Shown here piece after piece: positions 11,301-24,276 of a stretch of DNA of 64,000 nt. Position numbers and translations under genes: made by a program. This stretch comes from Auanema rhodensis (Eukaryota; Animalia; Nematoda): assembly GCA_964057225.1 (NCBI GenBank), contig OZ059894.1, positions 9,734,001-9,798,000 on the forward strand, given 5' to 3'. A model generated the notes under the pieces. The model did not search any database, was not told where the DNA came from, and saw nothing but the letters and a program-made list of their open reading frames with translations. Position 1 is the first letter of the stretch. Each line of letters begins with the position of its first letter.

Positions 11301-14300
11301 TCACTGACTGATCCACCTATAGATGCTTGAATAGTGCTTGATCGATCTGAAGATTTTCTTTTGAAGATCATAATACCTTCAATTTGTTCAGAAGCATCTG
11401 GATTTGATAGATTCACGTGAATATCAGTGTCTGAATCCGGGCACTTCTTTTGCTCCTTCAGTTTTTGACATTTTCTCTTCGATAAAGCCATGATGTTAAC
11501 TATGCTTGTTACATGAATTTTTACTTTTTCAAGTACATGCATGACAGCATCTGTTCCCTTTTTCGTCAATTTCTTCTTACAAAATCCCTTAATTGTCGAA
11601 ATTTCATTATTAATTTGAACAAAGATATCATGTAATTCCTGACGAACTTGAGCTGCTGATTTCGTTGGATTATGTGGTATGATGGATGATGTAGATTCAC
11701 TATTTATATGTTCATTTATCATATCTTCTAATGTTGTTAGTTGATCTCGTATATCAGTTGTTAAGGGTGTCATTCGGATAAGTTCAGCACTTGGAACTCT
11801 TTTTGTTTTTACTGGATTCTTCAAAACTGTTGTAGCTGATCCAGTTAAGGATGTAGACCCGTCTTGTGTGAGATCGGCTTCATTGATCTCACATACTTCA
11901 ACATCTTCCATCAGTGAATTCTCAATATCTGACAATTTCCGCTTTAAAATCTGAATAGGTGTTTTCATCAGCTGGGCATCTTCTGATCGTTGACTCGGAT
12001 TCAGAATCATATCAGCTAGGGTTGTTCTCATAAGTTCTTCACTAGCTTCTGCTTGTGCTTCTGTGATTGGACTGTGATGCACTAGCTGGTCAGACATTCG
12101 AAGTATAGCTTCTTCAATCTCTTTGGCATCATCATTCAATTTACTTGTACTCGAAGCTGGTGGTCGAACCTTCAAGTCATTCAATTGTTGTTCAACTTGT
12201 TTAGCAATTCGTTCGATTTCTTTCATTTTTTCAATGGGAATTACATTTGATTTTGAAGATTCGCCTTCTTTATCCTTTTCTGATCTTCCTCCTCCTGGAA
12301 CATATGGTTTTCGTTGACTACTGCTTCCAGAACTATCAGATTTTGTTTCTCCTAGAATACTCGATTTTGATGATTTTGCAGACTGTGGTGAAGAATCAGC
12401 ATTATCTATCGATGGTTGAGTTTCGTTCGTTTCCCTTAACATTCGAAGATCTCTCTCAATCTTCTCTAATTCTATCTGAGAAGGATCTGAAGTAGCTTCA
12501 CTCTCCAAGATTTCTTTCTTCTCATTTTCAGATGTTTTCGATAGATTTGATAACATTTCTTCGTCTTTTGTGGTAAAATTCATATTTTCTAATGATTTTC
12601 TCATATTAATTTCAATAATTTCTTGGTCATCTTTCATAAATGTATCAGTTTTGGATGATTGATCTGGTGACAATCTCTGTGAATCCTGAGTAAGTAATAC
12701 ATCTTCTGTCAGTTGTTCTGACTGTAATTCAGTCGGTTCTTCAGTTGGTTCTTTGGTCGGTTCTTCTATCAGTACTTCTGACTGTAATTCAGTCGATTCT
12801 TCCGTCGGTTTTTCAGTCGGTTCTTCAGTCAATTGTTCTGACTGATGTTCCATGCTATTAACAGAAGGTGGTAAAATAATTTTTTTTGCTGGTAAAGGAG
12901 TGTTAAACTCTAATGATGTTTCTAAAACTTTTTTGGTTGATTCAGTAGATGGATCAGGTTCAATTTCATTCACAAAAACTCCAATTTCTTGGCCTTTGTA
13001 ACTGATCTTTAGAGGCAATGTAAGAACACGAGGCTCATCTGATCTTCTTTCGTTCTCAATTTCTAATTCAACTACTTGTTCTTGCTTCAAAAGTTTGTTA
13101 ACTTCATCAGCAAACGGATCATTGAAATCCTTATTGAACTGGCTACTGTCATTCAATGGAGCAGTAGCTTCAAAGTTGATAGAATCAAATAACTTTACTT
13201 TATCCATATGGACAATACTGGCAGATGACTTGATATCAGTGTATGGATTCAAAAAGAAGGCTTCTGTACTGCTAGTACTGTTCAAAGTATCCGAAAGCCT
13301 TCTTCTTAAAGCTTCAGATATTGCTGGCTTTGGAGGTGGCACTGGTGGTATTTTCAATCGAGGAACTTCAAAATTAGCTTCAACTACATAATCTTGAACA
13401 AGCTCTGTCACTTTTACAGAAATTTCTCCTGTTTCGGGATACTTGTAGAAAGTGCTCGTCTCTTTCAAATCCTCATTGAAACGAGCAGTAGTTCGTAAAG
13501 CTGCAACAGGTGCAACAGGTGCAACATCCGGTATTACGGTAGCTTGTTGTTGTTGTTGTTGTTGTTGGATGTCAATGTCATGAACGGCATCCTGATTACT
13601 CTTACTACTTTGAACTTCATTAGCATATTGAATGATGTCATCAAGGTACGTAATAGCTTTGCTACTTATGTTGTTGGCTTCTTCATCATCAGAATCTGTA
13701 AAAAGAAAACAAAAGCTCCAACTAATCTTTTTCTACAATTCTCATGCGTGATGTGATATGTAATGTATGTAGAAGAAGAAGAAGCAGAAGATGAAGAAGC
13801 AGAATGTATCATAAAATCCTAGAAAGAGCGCGCCAAACAACACACAATAACAAAGCACAAAACACAAAACAAAACGTAATTTTCTCTACCGTATACGGTT
13901 AGAATGAGAAAAATGGGGAAGAATGTGGTTAGCAGAGCAGAAAGGTTGAGTATAATAATAGTCAGAATGACAGAAAATTATGAAAAACAAGCTAAATCAA
14001 TTGATCACATACATATTCATAAGATAAGATAATGATAATGATAATGAAAATAGATAAATTTAATTTTGAATATTGAAGATGAACTACTGTACTTATGATG
14101 ATAATCTAATTTCGGGGCTAATAAGGTAGTGGTAAGAGGTTACCAGATACGGAATTAGCTATCGACGTTTTATTTTGTGATTCACACTTTGAGATGCCGT
14201 TGCTTGACGTCGACTCCGAGTTTTTTTTTTTCAAAATAAAATGTTATTTCGTTCAAAAGTTCTCAGATACTTTTCACATATTTGTAGCCATTTTTTTGAA

Positions 14301-17300
14301 TTTTTCAAGTTGTAAAGGTAAAGGAACTTACTGAAAACTTTCAAAAAGCATTTGGTAGAAGCTGTTCCAGCGTCGTTCGTTGCGACACAACAGTATTCTC
14401 CTTCGTCTTCGATTAAAGCTTCGTTAATCCGCAAGATCGAAACTCCATCTTCGAATACAATACTATATTCTCTGAAAAACTTGGCAATGAGCAAAATGAA
14501 TGAAATTCAAGTGTGGCTTACATGTTCGGTTCAATGACATCACCATCTACTGTCCAGATGACATCTGGAGTTGGTGTACCACAGACAATGCATTTGAATT
14601 GAACTGGGTTTCCAACTATTGTCTTGCAATCTTCTAACTTTCGGAAAAATCTGCAGCAAAAGCCAAACATTTATGTGAATGGTGAGTGAAAAGCTTACTT
14701 AGGAGGTTGCAATCCATTTGTTATCGAAGATTCCGTAACGCTTTGCTCGCTAGACTCTCGAATTTCGATTTTCTGGGGGTTATGCGGTTCGATTTCGGGT
14801 AAACTATCTATGGGAAGGTTGACACTTGCTACGATCTCCACACTTTGATCAGGACATGTAGCATCTACTTCAACGAAAACAGCAACTACGTTCAAATTAT
14901 TTTCGTCAGAATATCGGGTTGGTCGTGACCATTTTTCTTCTCTCGTTTCCTGAAAATCAGAGAGAATATTCCAGCGTTTGTGATCAAATAATCTTACAGA
15001 AGCCTGTCGACTACCATTAAGTTGAGATACTGCAAGGTTAGCTTCATCTTCTAATTGGCTTTCATATTCAATAACTAGTTCTTGATGAGAAGCATCACCT
15101 TGCTTTACTAGGCTAACAGTTACATTTTCAAGCTGAAAGTCAAAATTTTCTCGTAAAATTAAAAAAAATAAAAACCTTTAACTTGCTAGCGGCTGCCGCT
15201 ACTTGTAATAGTTCAGGAATGATTTGTTCTGGAATAACGACTGTGGTTCCTTGAGTATTGTCTTCAACTGGTTGAACTACTTCTATATTGGCATTAGTAC
15301 TTTCTTCTTCGTTTACTAAGCGCTTGACCTGAAAATATTGGAAAAGTTTTAACAAAAATTTGAAGGAAACATACTTTTTTCAAGCTCCATTTCATAGCAT
15401 CTTGGAAATTTTTTGATACACCTTCTAAGACAACTATGCGATGCTCAGCTAAAGCCTTCTTAGAAGACGATGCTTGAACTACATGAGTTGCTTCAGATGA
15501 TGTTCCAGGCTTCTGTAATATAGTTTCGAGGTCGATGAACTTATGTTCAGTTGCTGTTGCATTGAAACGGTGTGTCAACTGCAGAGCCAATGGCTCGCTA
15601 ACAGTAACTACGTGGTTGAATTCCGTGTCGGGGTTTCGTACGTCTACAGTGATTACGGTATCAGCTTGGTGTTGTTCTTTAAGAGATAAAACAGTATTCA
15701 TGACCATATTCACAGCTTCTTGAGCTGAGAGATCTGGTGATGAAGCATACTTTAGTCGATCTTCGATTACTTTAATCTGAAATTCGTAATTATTAAGATT
15801 ACATAGAATTTTCAATAAGACGGACCTTTTCATCATATGGCATGACATGGCTTCCACTATCTTCGGTGTCACTTTTATTCAGGTGAACATCAAGTTTAGA
15901 AGATTCTGTGATTACTGGCTGTTGTTCCTTTTCCTTTACAGTTGGAGTTGAAAGAGTCATTGCTGCTTGACTCATAACACTCTCTGTAAAGGACTGAGCG
16001 AATTTCTCTGCTACAGCCTGAATTTCCTGCAAAAGAAGATGCGAAAGTTTATTTCTAATTTGGGTAACAACTCTACCTTATCGACAAGTTCTTTTGTTGG
16101 TGATGCTGCTTTATCTGGTTGCTGATTAATTATTTCAATTGGAGTTGTGATTTCAATTTGGTGAGTTTCTTCTGATACGTTTGGCAAATCTAATGAATTT
16201 TCAATATGTGATTGGGCTTCAATGATGTCTTGTGGTTTTGACAATGTTTCTTCCTGAACTGCAATAGGAAGTTGTCTCAAATCGCTTTCACTCAATTCAT
16301 CCAAGACAGTTGTAACAATGGATTGAGCTACTTTTTCTGCGGAAGTAGATTCAGATGGTGTCTGAGTAGAAGGAAGAACAGAAGTTATAGTTATTTCAGC
16401 AACTTCCTCCTTAACTTCTTCCTTCTCAGTTGGAGCATGTTCTTCTGGTAAAATTAGCTTAGGAACAACTTGCTCAACTTGTTCAACAGCTTTATTGGAA
16501 AGGGAATCGGGAGCTTGCTCATTGACCTGAATTGCTGCATTTTCAAGTTCAAGAGCGCTTGATTCGCTAGGATCTTGTTTAGCTGTTTCATATGAAGCAG
16601 TAGTCGATTCATCAACTTTGCTTGAATCTTCTCGTTCACTTCGTGCTGTAAGAGGTAGAACGATACTAGCAGACTGACTATCTCTTCGTTTTTCGAAAAT
16701 GTTCACTTTATGTTCAGTGCTATCCTCATTGTTATGAGCAAATACATTAGTAATAACCTGAAATAAGTTATGAAATATAGTAGAAAACACATTTTCAAAC
16801 CTTTTCATCGGCTTCTTGTTTATCATAATTGGCTAAAGAGAATCGAATGTTCATGTCTGCGGCACGAGGTAAAACTCTTAATTTGCTTGAAAAAACTTTA
16901 GTTCCATGAATGTTTGTTGCATAACAGTAATATGTTCCTTCTGCTTCAAGCTTTAAGTTTTTCATGTTTAACGAAGCTGTTCCTTTTTCGTATGACATGC
17001 TTAAATCTCTGAAAAATTATTGATTTTTATTGAAAAATAAGATGAAAACTCGAATTCTTACTCTGAAATTTTGATTTTCTGATCGTTGAACTTCCATTCT
17101 ACAAATGGTGTTGGATACCCACCAACCGTAGTACTGATGCGAATAGTTCCTCCTTCTGTAGCCTCATACTCTTCAACAGATGTATCGAAGCGTGGTAGTC
17201 CTTCCTGCTCAGGAACCGATTTTACTTCTTCATCCTTCAACAGAGAAAGAAAGATTAAATTGGAAGAAGAGTTAACACTAACCTCAGAAATATCATCGGC

Positions 17301-20300
17301 AATTTTCTTAGCAGCTTCTTGGACCGCGCTAACGATGACATTTGCCACAAGAGCAGAAGCCACAGTTTCGGCCACCTTCACAAGCAGTTTGAATTCTTCT
17401 GAAATCGATTAAGAAATTTAGAAAAACGTTAACCATTTTTATAAGAACCTTCATTTTTTTTGATTTCAGTAGTACCGTCAACGTGATCTGAAGCGAATGA
17501 TTGAAGTGGTTGAGGTGCTTCAAGTTGAACTTGAACATCATCTTGAATAACAACCTGAAAACAACCTGAACTTAGAAAAGTCTTTGCTGTAAAACTCACA
17601 TCAACATTGACATCAACAACAGATGGACTGGAAGATGGCATTTCCAAGTCTTCGAGCTTTTCAACAAGTGTTGGAATGCGCACTTCACAGCTGCTGCTAC
17701 TGAGTCCGTGTTCGGATTCCACTCGACATGTGTAAACTCCTGTAATCATAAAAGTATATTAGGATACAGAGAGGATGATTAACCTTCATCAGCTTCATTA
17801 GCTGAATGTATTGTAAGAATTTGAGATCCATCTTCAAACTGATAGATTTCATATTTTTCATTTTCAGGAATAACATTTTCTTCCTTCAACCAGGTAACAG
17901 TGTAATTACTTCCACTAAAATACAAACAAAAATACAAAAAATTGGAAATCCAAGAATTTTACCTGGTAACACGACATACAAGACGAATATACTTAAGATC
18001 AACAATAGCATCCGTTTCGGCAATCAGATTTTCCACAAACTTTGGTGGAAGAATGATCTTTTGACCATCCGCGGCTTGAAGATCTTCAAATATAGCGCTA
18101 GACATAGATTCACTCATTGATGCTTCTTCACCATCCTTTAGATATGTTACTCCTGTTAATACAAATTAAGTTTTGCAAAATGAATGAAGTAGTAACTACC
18201 TTCAACAGCAATATAAGCTGATGTTTCAGCTGTTCCATGTGGATTAGAAGCATGACACTTGTAGACGCCACCATCTTCAGCATAGCATTCAGGATTGATT
18301 AATTCACAAATTCCTCCAGGTAATACCTGAAATAATTCAAAATTTCCTAAACATTAGAAGAAGAAATGTATTTACCTGTGTGTTAACATCTTTATTAATT
18401 ACCCATTCTTCGATATTAACATCGTCTTTAGACCATACAATGACAGCTGAAGGAGAAGCATGAATTCGACAACGTAAAACCATCGATTGTCCTGAAATTA
18501 TTGAGAAAAATCATATTTTTTTAAGAAAAAGCAGGATACATACCATCCATGAATGATGCAGAATGAAGTGGTTCCAAAATCTTTGGAGCACTTTCATCAG
18601 GCAGAACTGGAGCAACCATCTCAAATGGTTCTTCGGTTCCTAAAATTAAAATATTAAATTCAAATTTACAAAGAGATTTTTTTTTTGAAATTGTTAGAAG
18701 AGAAAACGATCAGCTTCGAAATATTCAAACAACTCTAAATAACTCGCAAGCTTGATAGCAAAAAGGTTGTTAGAATCAACAGATCAGAGCAAACCAACTC
18801 ACTCTGCACGCTAAGTTGAGCCGTTGTAACGGCAGTTCCAAAATCATTCTGAGCGACGGCAGACAATGCTCCAGACAAGGACAACGGCACGCGTTCGATC
18901 GTCAGGATACTTTCATGCGTAGTAGAATCAACGACATATCCTGTTGATGGATCAATCGGCTTGTTATCAAGCGACCATTGGAATGTTGATGGCTCAGAAT
19001 TCTTTTCTAAACCAACACCACAAACAAGGGGACTTTCTTCTTCGATTTCAATATCAATAAGTTCTTTGGCGAATACAGGTGCTCGATTCTCTTCTGGAGG
19101 TGGGATCACTTTTGGTTCTGCAGTAGCTCGTTTCACTTGAATAGCTTTCGTTTCACTTGTAGCTTCTCCGTCATTGTTACGAGCAATAACTTTGACAATG
19201 GCACCATCTTCAATGGGTCCTCGAATAATCAAAATAGCTCGATTGCCTTCGACAGCCGATGTAATGGAATTATTTCCTTCAATTGAATTTTCATTGATAA
19301 GCCAAACAAATGAGATTGTTGGATATCCAGATGCTGTAACAACAAGCCGTGTTTCATCACTTGTCATTAGAGTTTCTGCAGGTAATCCTTGTAGAAATAC
19401 AGGTGTACGATTGACATGTTGATGCTCGCTGTCTTCATATTGAACAACAACTTTGCAGTTTGAACTAGCTTGTCCCAAACGATTTTGAGCCATAACTTCA
19501 TATTTTCCAGAACCAGCATTTTTTATGAATAGTTCAGAAACATTTTCTTCTTCTGCTAGGAACTGCACATTGGGACCAGGTTTGATCTCAAAGTTGTTCA
19601 GTCGCCACAAAAAGTTTGCAGCTGGAATAGCAGTAACTTTGGCTTTCAATCGAACATCTTCTCCATCCTCTATGCGTAAAAGAGCTGGTAATTGTTCAAC
19701 AAAGACTGGTGGCTTAGGAAGATTAGCTTTCTCATGCTTCGACTTAGGTACAAGTCGATACATAGAAGATGCAGCTGATGTAGATGGCTCCGGAACATTC
19801 GACACTGTCGTGGTTACTGTACTTTTTTCGGTGAACTGTTCTTCAACAACTTCGGTAGTAACCTTGGTGACGGTTTCCACTTGTCCAAATTCATTGCGAG
19901 CAATAACTTTGTAATTTCCAGCAACAGGCTTCAAGAATGTAATACGAGAATGGTTATCATCTACAGCTTCAACTTGAACAAATTGTCCTGTTTTCACTTC
20001 AAAGTTGTTTACGTACCATTCAAACTTGGAAGCTGGATCAGAATCAACTTTAGACTCAAGAATCAGCTTTTCTCCACATTGAATGTGAATTTTATGAACA
20101 GCTGGCTGTGTCAAAGTTGGCTTTCTAGGTAAAGCATCTGGACAAACTGTTCGAATAGCTCTTTTAGTGTATGATGTCGTAACCGAAGTTTGATCAACAG
20201 TAGGTACAGTTGAACTCTCTGCATCGGTTGCTTTTGAATTTGTTTCAGATTCTTCTTGAATAACTTCAGGCACAGTTGGAACAACTTCTTGTCTCTTCAA

Positions 20301-22739
20301 CACAGTTTCGAATGAAGTTGTAGATGGAATCGACTGACTATCATCAAGCATTTCCCAATCGCTATCAGGAGCACTTGTGACAGTAACAGCTGATTCCAAA
20401 ACTTCTGGAGCTGCTGGAGTAGGTGTAATACGAATATCCGAATGAATTTCTTCAACAGTTTCCGTAACAATATGAGTTACACGAGTAATCAGAGTATCAC
20501 GTCCAACATCATTAAGAGCAACAACATTGTATTTGCCCTGTTTAACTGGTGGATTGACGACAAGTGTTGAGCGATTCTGCTCATTCAGAAGTGTGACATT
20601 CTTTGATTGTTTCACCTCAAAACCGTTCACATCCCATTTGAAATCCGCAGTTGGAATGGAACTCACATCAACCGATAAAACTAGCTTTTCATCAGGTCGA
20701 ACAGTGATTGTCTCAGGTAATTGGGTGAGAAACTTTGGTGGATGCGGAAGATATTTTGCTCCATCGCTTTTTGTCTTGTGCATTGATCGTGGAATCCGTT
20801 GCGACGCATTTGTTGGTACTTCTGAAAACACATTAGTTCACACGAGATTGTAAGTGTGGATAGTTGTCCTGTTGTTTAAAGAGGGGGAAGAAAGGGAGAA
20901 TAAGGGAAAATAAACAAAATTGCAAATAAAATCGAAGCAAAAAAAAATTCAAAAAAGTTCTAATAAAGCCAAGCCTATCTCTTAAGCTGTTAAGTTAAAT
21001 ATCTTATAAAGCATTCTGTAAACAAGCTTTCTACAGCACTTCATAGCAAAACTACAGCAGTACAACTAAGCTAAAAAGCAATAAAAGGCAAAAAAGGGTT
21101 AGATAAGCTTTTGGGAATTGAATATAACAAGTTATTTTTCAAAATGAAAATCAAAAAATTACCTGAACGATGAAGATTACTTAAAGTTCTTTCTGGTGAT
21201 TTAGATATTTCGAAGTGGCGTTCAAGATGTCTGACACCTCGAGGAACACTACTAGATCTTTGAGTATAGTTTACTTCATAAACACTAGTAGACTATAAAA
21301 TATAAGATTGAAATTTGAAATTATTATGGTTACTGCTACCTGATGAGTTGAAATTGGCTGATCTCCATTCTGGGCTTGACCAGTTTGATTGCTTAATGTC
21401 ATAACAGCACGAGACAAGTGCTCTCCAGGAGCAACGGGAGGTCTCATCTGCTTTGAAGGATTTGCTGAAATTCATTGAGATAAAATTACAATTTCTAAAA
21501 GATGCTCATGTTTTACCTTGATAAATCTCAATAAATCCTGAACTCATCGCTGATCCATGTACGTTGGATGCTACAACCTTGTATTCACCAGAAGTAGGAA
21601 TATGGAATCGAGCTACACAACGATTCTCTGCGGGGTAGAATATATCCACAACATTACTATTTTCCCGGAATTCTTTGCCATTCACAAACCATGCAAATCT
21701 ATAATTGGTTGATTGGAAAAGCTTGTCATTGAAGTTTTCTTACCGAGCTGGCGGATTAGCATCAACAACTACATCTAATACTGCTTCTTGACCAGGTTGT
21801 ACTGTCAAGTTGGGAACTTGATTGATAAACCTGGGAGCTAAATTGTGTGTAACTGACGCACTTCGAGATCGTTTAACTTCTGCTTGATCAGAAGATACAC
21901 TCCAATCTTCATAACGATGTTCAACTAGAAAAAACAATGAATTATACAGAAATTCCTTGAATATAACTTACAGTTAACAGTAATATATCCATAACTGGTG
22001 CTGCATCCAGCAGGATTTCTTGCTGTACACTTATAAACTCCTTGTTCAGGATGTGTAACTGTTAAAGTTGTAATATTCAATCCATGTCGAACTTGAAAAC
22101 GTCTTCTATCCTATAAGTAATGAGATTAATATGGATTTTCATGCTCTCTTGTTAGTTCAGGAAAAAGGATGAATAAGGTGTGTTTTTCCTTGAGTTTCAA
22201 GTCAAGCTACTTACCTGTTGAACTGGTTTATCATTACAAAACCATTCAAATATTGCTGGAGGATCTGACGCTACTTCGACAACGAGTGTTGGTGTATCAG
22301 AAGATAATACTCTATATGCTTTAATTACCTGAAAAATAAAAAAAATGCTTTGAGGTTCAAGTTTTAATTCAAGTTTACTTGAACAAATTTTGGTGGAGCA
22401 GCTGCTACAAAACTTGTAATTTCACTACTCCAATGTTCTTCGGTAAATGACTGTGATTGTGTGCCCGAAGATCGTATAAGATGTGTTTCCGCAACTGTAG
22501 CACTACCCGAACGGAATACAGCTTCTCTATCTGTGAGTACAATATACGTAGTTAGAATCATATAATCAATTCACGGCATTACCTGTTGCATAAGCTGTAG
22601 AAGGACTCGTCGGAGCTGTAACAACACGTCGTGGTGATGGCTGACCTTCCATTAACCATTCTGTGTTTGTGTCAACTCCTAGTTGTTGAGAAGTTTCATT
22701 ACGAGATTGACGAGGTTGATTTGAATCATCTCTATCCAT
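1..22739 (-). CDS. ttn-1: Titin (giant multi-Ig muscle protein), multi-exon, 3' part beyond window start
   Basis: The spliced N-terminus MDRDDSNQ...PTSPSTAYATDREAVFRSGSATVAETHLIRSSGTQSQSFTEEHWSSEITSFVAAAPPKFVQ closely matches the C. elegans TTN-1 N-terminus as I recall it. About 21 I-set Ig domains (P-x-F...C...P-x-P...W...D-x-G-x-Y-x-C-x-A-x-N-x-x-G) are spread over GT-AG exons, followed by low-complexity elastic-type repeats. The ATG at 22739 is 39 nt after an acceptor (ttttaag) that is in frame, so an upstream coding exon is possible. Confidence 0.9.
7530..7912 (-). CDS. ttn-1: Alternative terminal exon of ttn-1 (one Ig domain plus basic tail, stop codon)
   Basis: The acceptor gatttag|AA CGA (phase 1) matches the phase-1 donor at 8095. 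It encodes ERIDEKEL...PPGSTATIACELE...WLRDG...DSGIYSV...KRKRISNSSLCK* (TGA 7532-7530), followed by ~415 nt of U-rich sequence and AATAAA at 7115-7110. Confidence 0.8.
8095..13695 (-). CDS. ttn-1: ttn-1 giant exon (5601 nt, 1867 codons): disordered/coiled-coil region plus two C-terminal Ig domains
   Basis: Acceptor ttttacag ending at 13696, donor GAAG|GTATG at 8095/8094. It largely overlaps the 1844-aa ORF and extends it upstream with SDDEEANNISSK...QQQQQQQ. Ig motifs are GSTATITCEL...DWYKG and PTELGIQL...MWLKD...DQGTYYA. Confidence 0.88.
12706..12846 (-). repeat. 60-bp coding repeat (QSEQLTEEPTEKPTEESTEL-like, ~2.4 copies)
   Basis: The protein reads EQLTEEPTEKPTEESTELQSEVLIEEPTKEPTEEPTELQSEQLTE; actgtaattcagtcg occurs at 12721 and 12781. 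Confidence 0.8.
18801..20821 (-). CDS. ttn-1: ttn-1 2-kb exon with five Ig domains
   Basis: ORF 18735..20831 has repeated PPKF/PPVF...W...N..G Ig motifs. The acceptor ttttcag ends at 20822 and the donor gtgagt is near 18800. Confidence 0.88.
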
Positions 22740-23192
22740 GTCTAAGTCCTTACGGACACTCGTGGTGGTAACCCGCTTCTTAAAAGATTTTTATTGAAAA
22801 AACAAAAATCGATAATAGCATATTAACTAAGAGAAAAGGAACAATAGATCATAAACTACTATTATATGGATATTTTAAAAAGTAAAAAATGTGAATGGGA
22901 TGACATCATAAGGTGGAGGTAAGACGGTAAAAAATGAAAATGATTTTGTTCCATTTTTTTGCTGTTTTCTATGTTTAAAACTTTTTCCAACTTATTACAG
23001 CTTGAGAGCATATAATTTAGTTTTAATCGCATATACAATATGGGATGTTGTTAAACATTTCCTCTAATTTTTGGATATATTGATGATTTTATGGCCTATC
23101 ACAGTTTCAAATTGTTGTTAGGGATAACAAGTAGGCAAAAACGTGTGCTGCTCCCTCATTTATCAGCCTCAGTGACAACGGTCAGGTCTCAG

Positions 23193-23206
23193 AGAACAGC
23201 TGTTCT
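23193..23206. promoter_or_regulatory. Palindromic E-box AGAACAGCTGTTCT (candidate HLH-1/MyoD site) upstream of ttn-1
   Basis: A 14-bp perfect palindrome with a CAGCTG core lies ~450 nt upstream of the titin ATG. Further CAGCTG sites occur at ~24468 and ~24694. Confidence 0.45.
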
Positions 23207-23850
23207 GACCAAGAAAGAGATAGAGAAAATGAAAAGCAAAAGAAAAGAGAAATAAGATAAAAAGAGCCGAGAAGAGTCGACTTTTCTCTTTTACTAATAC
23301 TGAAGCAGACGATTAGTGGAAGATAGCAAGCAGTTTCTTCTTAGCTTTTCTGAAGTGTTTCAGTGAATGTTTCCTTTAAATTTATCAATGATTGCCTTCA
23401 CTCTACACATAAAAAAGCCACGGTATAAAAGTCGAAGATGGATTGATACTAGAAAATGCTGAGAACAAGAGAAATTGATGAAATAGTAGGTGAAATTCAA
23501 ATCTTAAACAAGGGAAATGACACATTGACTTTAATACCGTCCTAGGCTTCGAGATGACTAAATGACTCAATTGAGTTTAATACAAAGTGGCCGGTAAGAG
23601 TTTGCCATCGTATGATAGACGAATGGACGGACGGATGGACTGACGGTGTTCACATACTAATTGCTCTTTGTACTCATATCAGTAGAATAGAGAGCTTAAA
23701 CCAGGAAATCTAAGATTGGCTCAAGAAGAATGTGCAGCTTGTTGTTATTACATACATATGTATTTGAGTGGTGAAATTATATTTTAATAATAGAAAGATG
23801 AAGCATAATTGACTATGAAGTTCGTAAGTTATTAAGAACTTCAAAAAACT

Positions 23851-23908
<58 letters not shown>

Positions 23909-24235
23909 TGTTGAAAGTCAGAAGAAAACTCAAAATCAAAACGATAACTTTAATACATACAGAACAGTGAGACATCTGAATATAATGGTTAAATTGATGT
24001 TCGAAAAACAGATGCACTAGAAAATCTCTAATAACTACGTTCATCTCATTACTACAGATGCACATATAATCGTTTAAAAATATTGTTTGTAAAATTTTGA
24101 GCAAAGTTTTTTGATAAATCATGTTCAGAATTGAAAAAAAATGGTTTGAAATATGATTATGAGATAGGAAAAGTATGAGTTGTAGAAAAAAACTGAGAAA
24201 AGGAGATGTGAAAAGAGAGAAAAGGCTTCAAAGTT

Positions 24236-24276
<41 letters not shown>

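Noticed and set aside
14118-14330. Possible second truncating isoform by read-through of the 14331 donor, or a cryptic exon (KNSESTSSNG...LLPLPY*)
   Set aside because: I found no convincing acceptor, and the read-through peptide looks intronic. It cannot be supported without RNA data.
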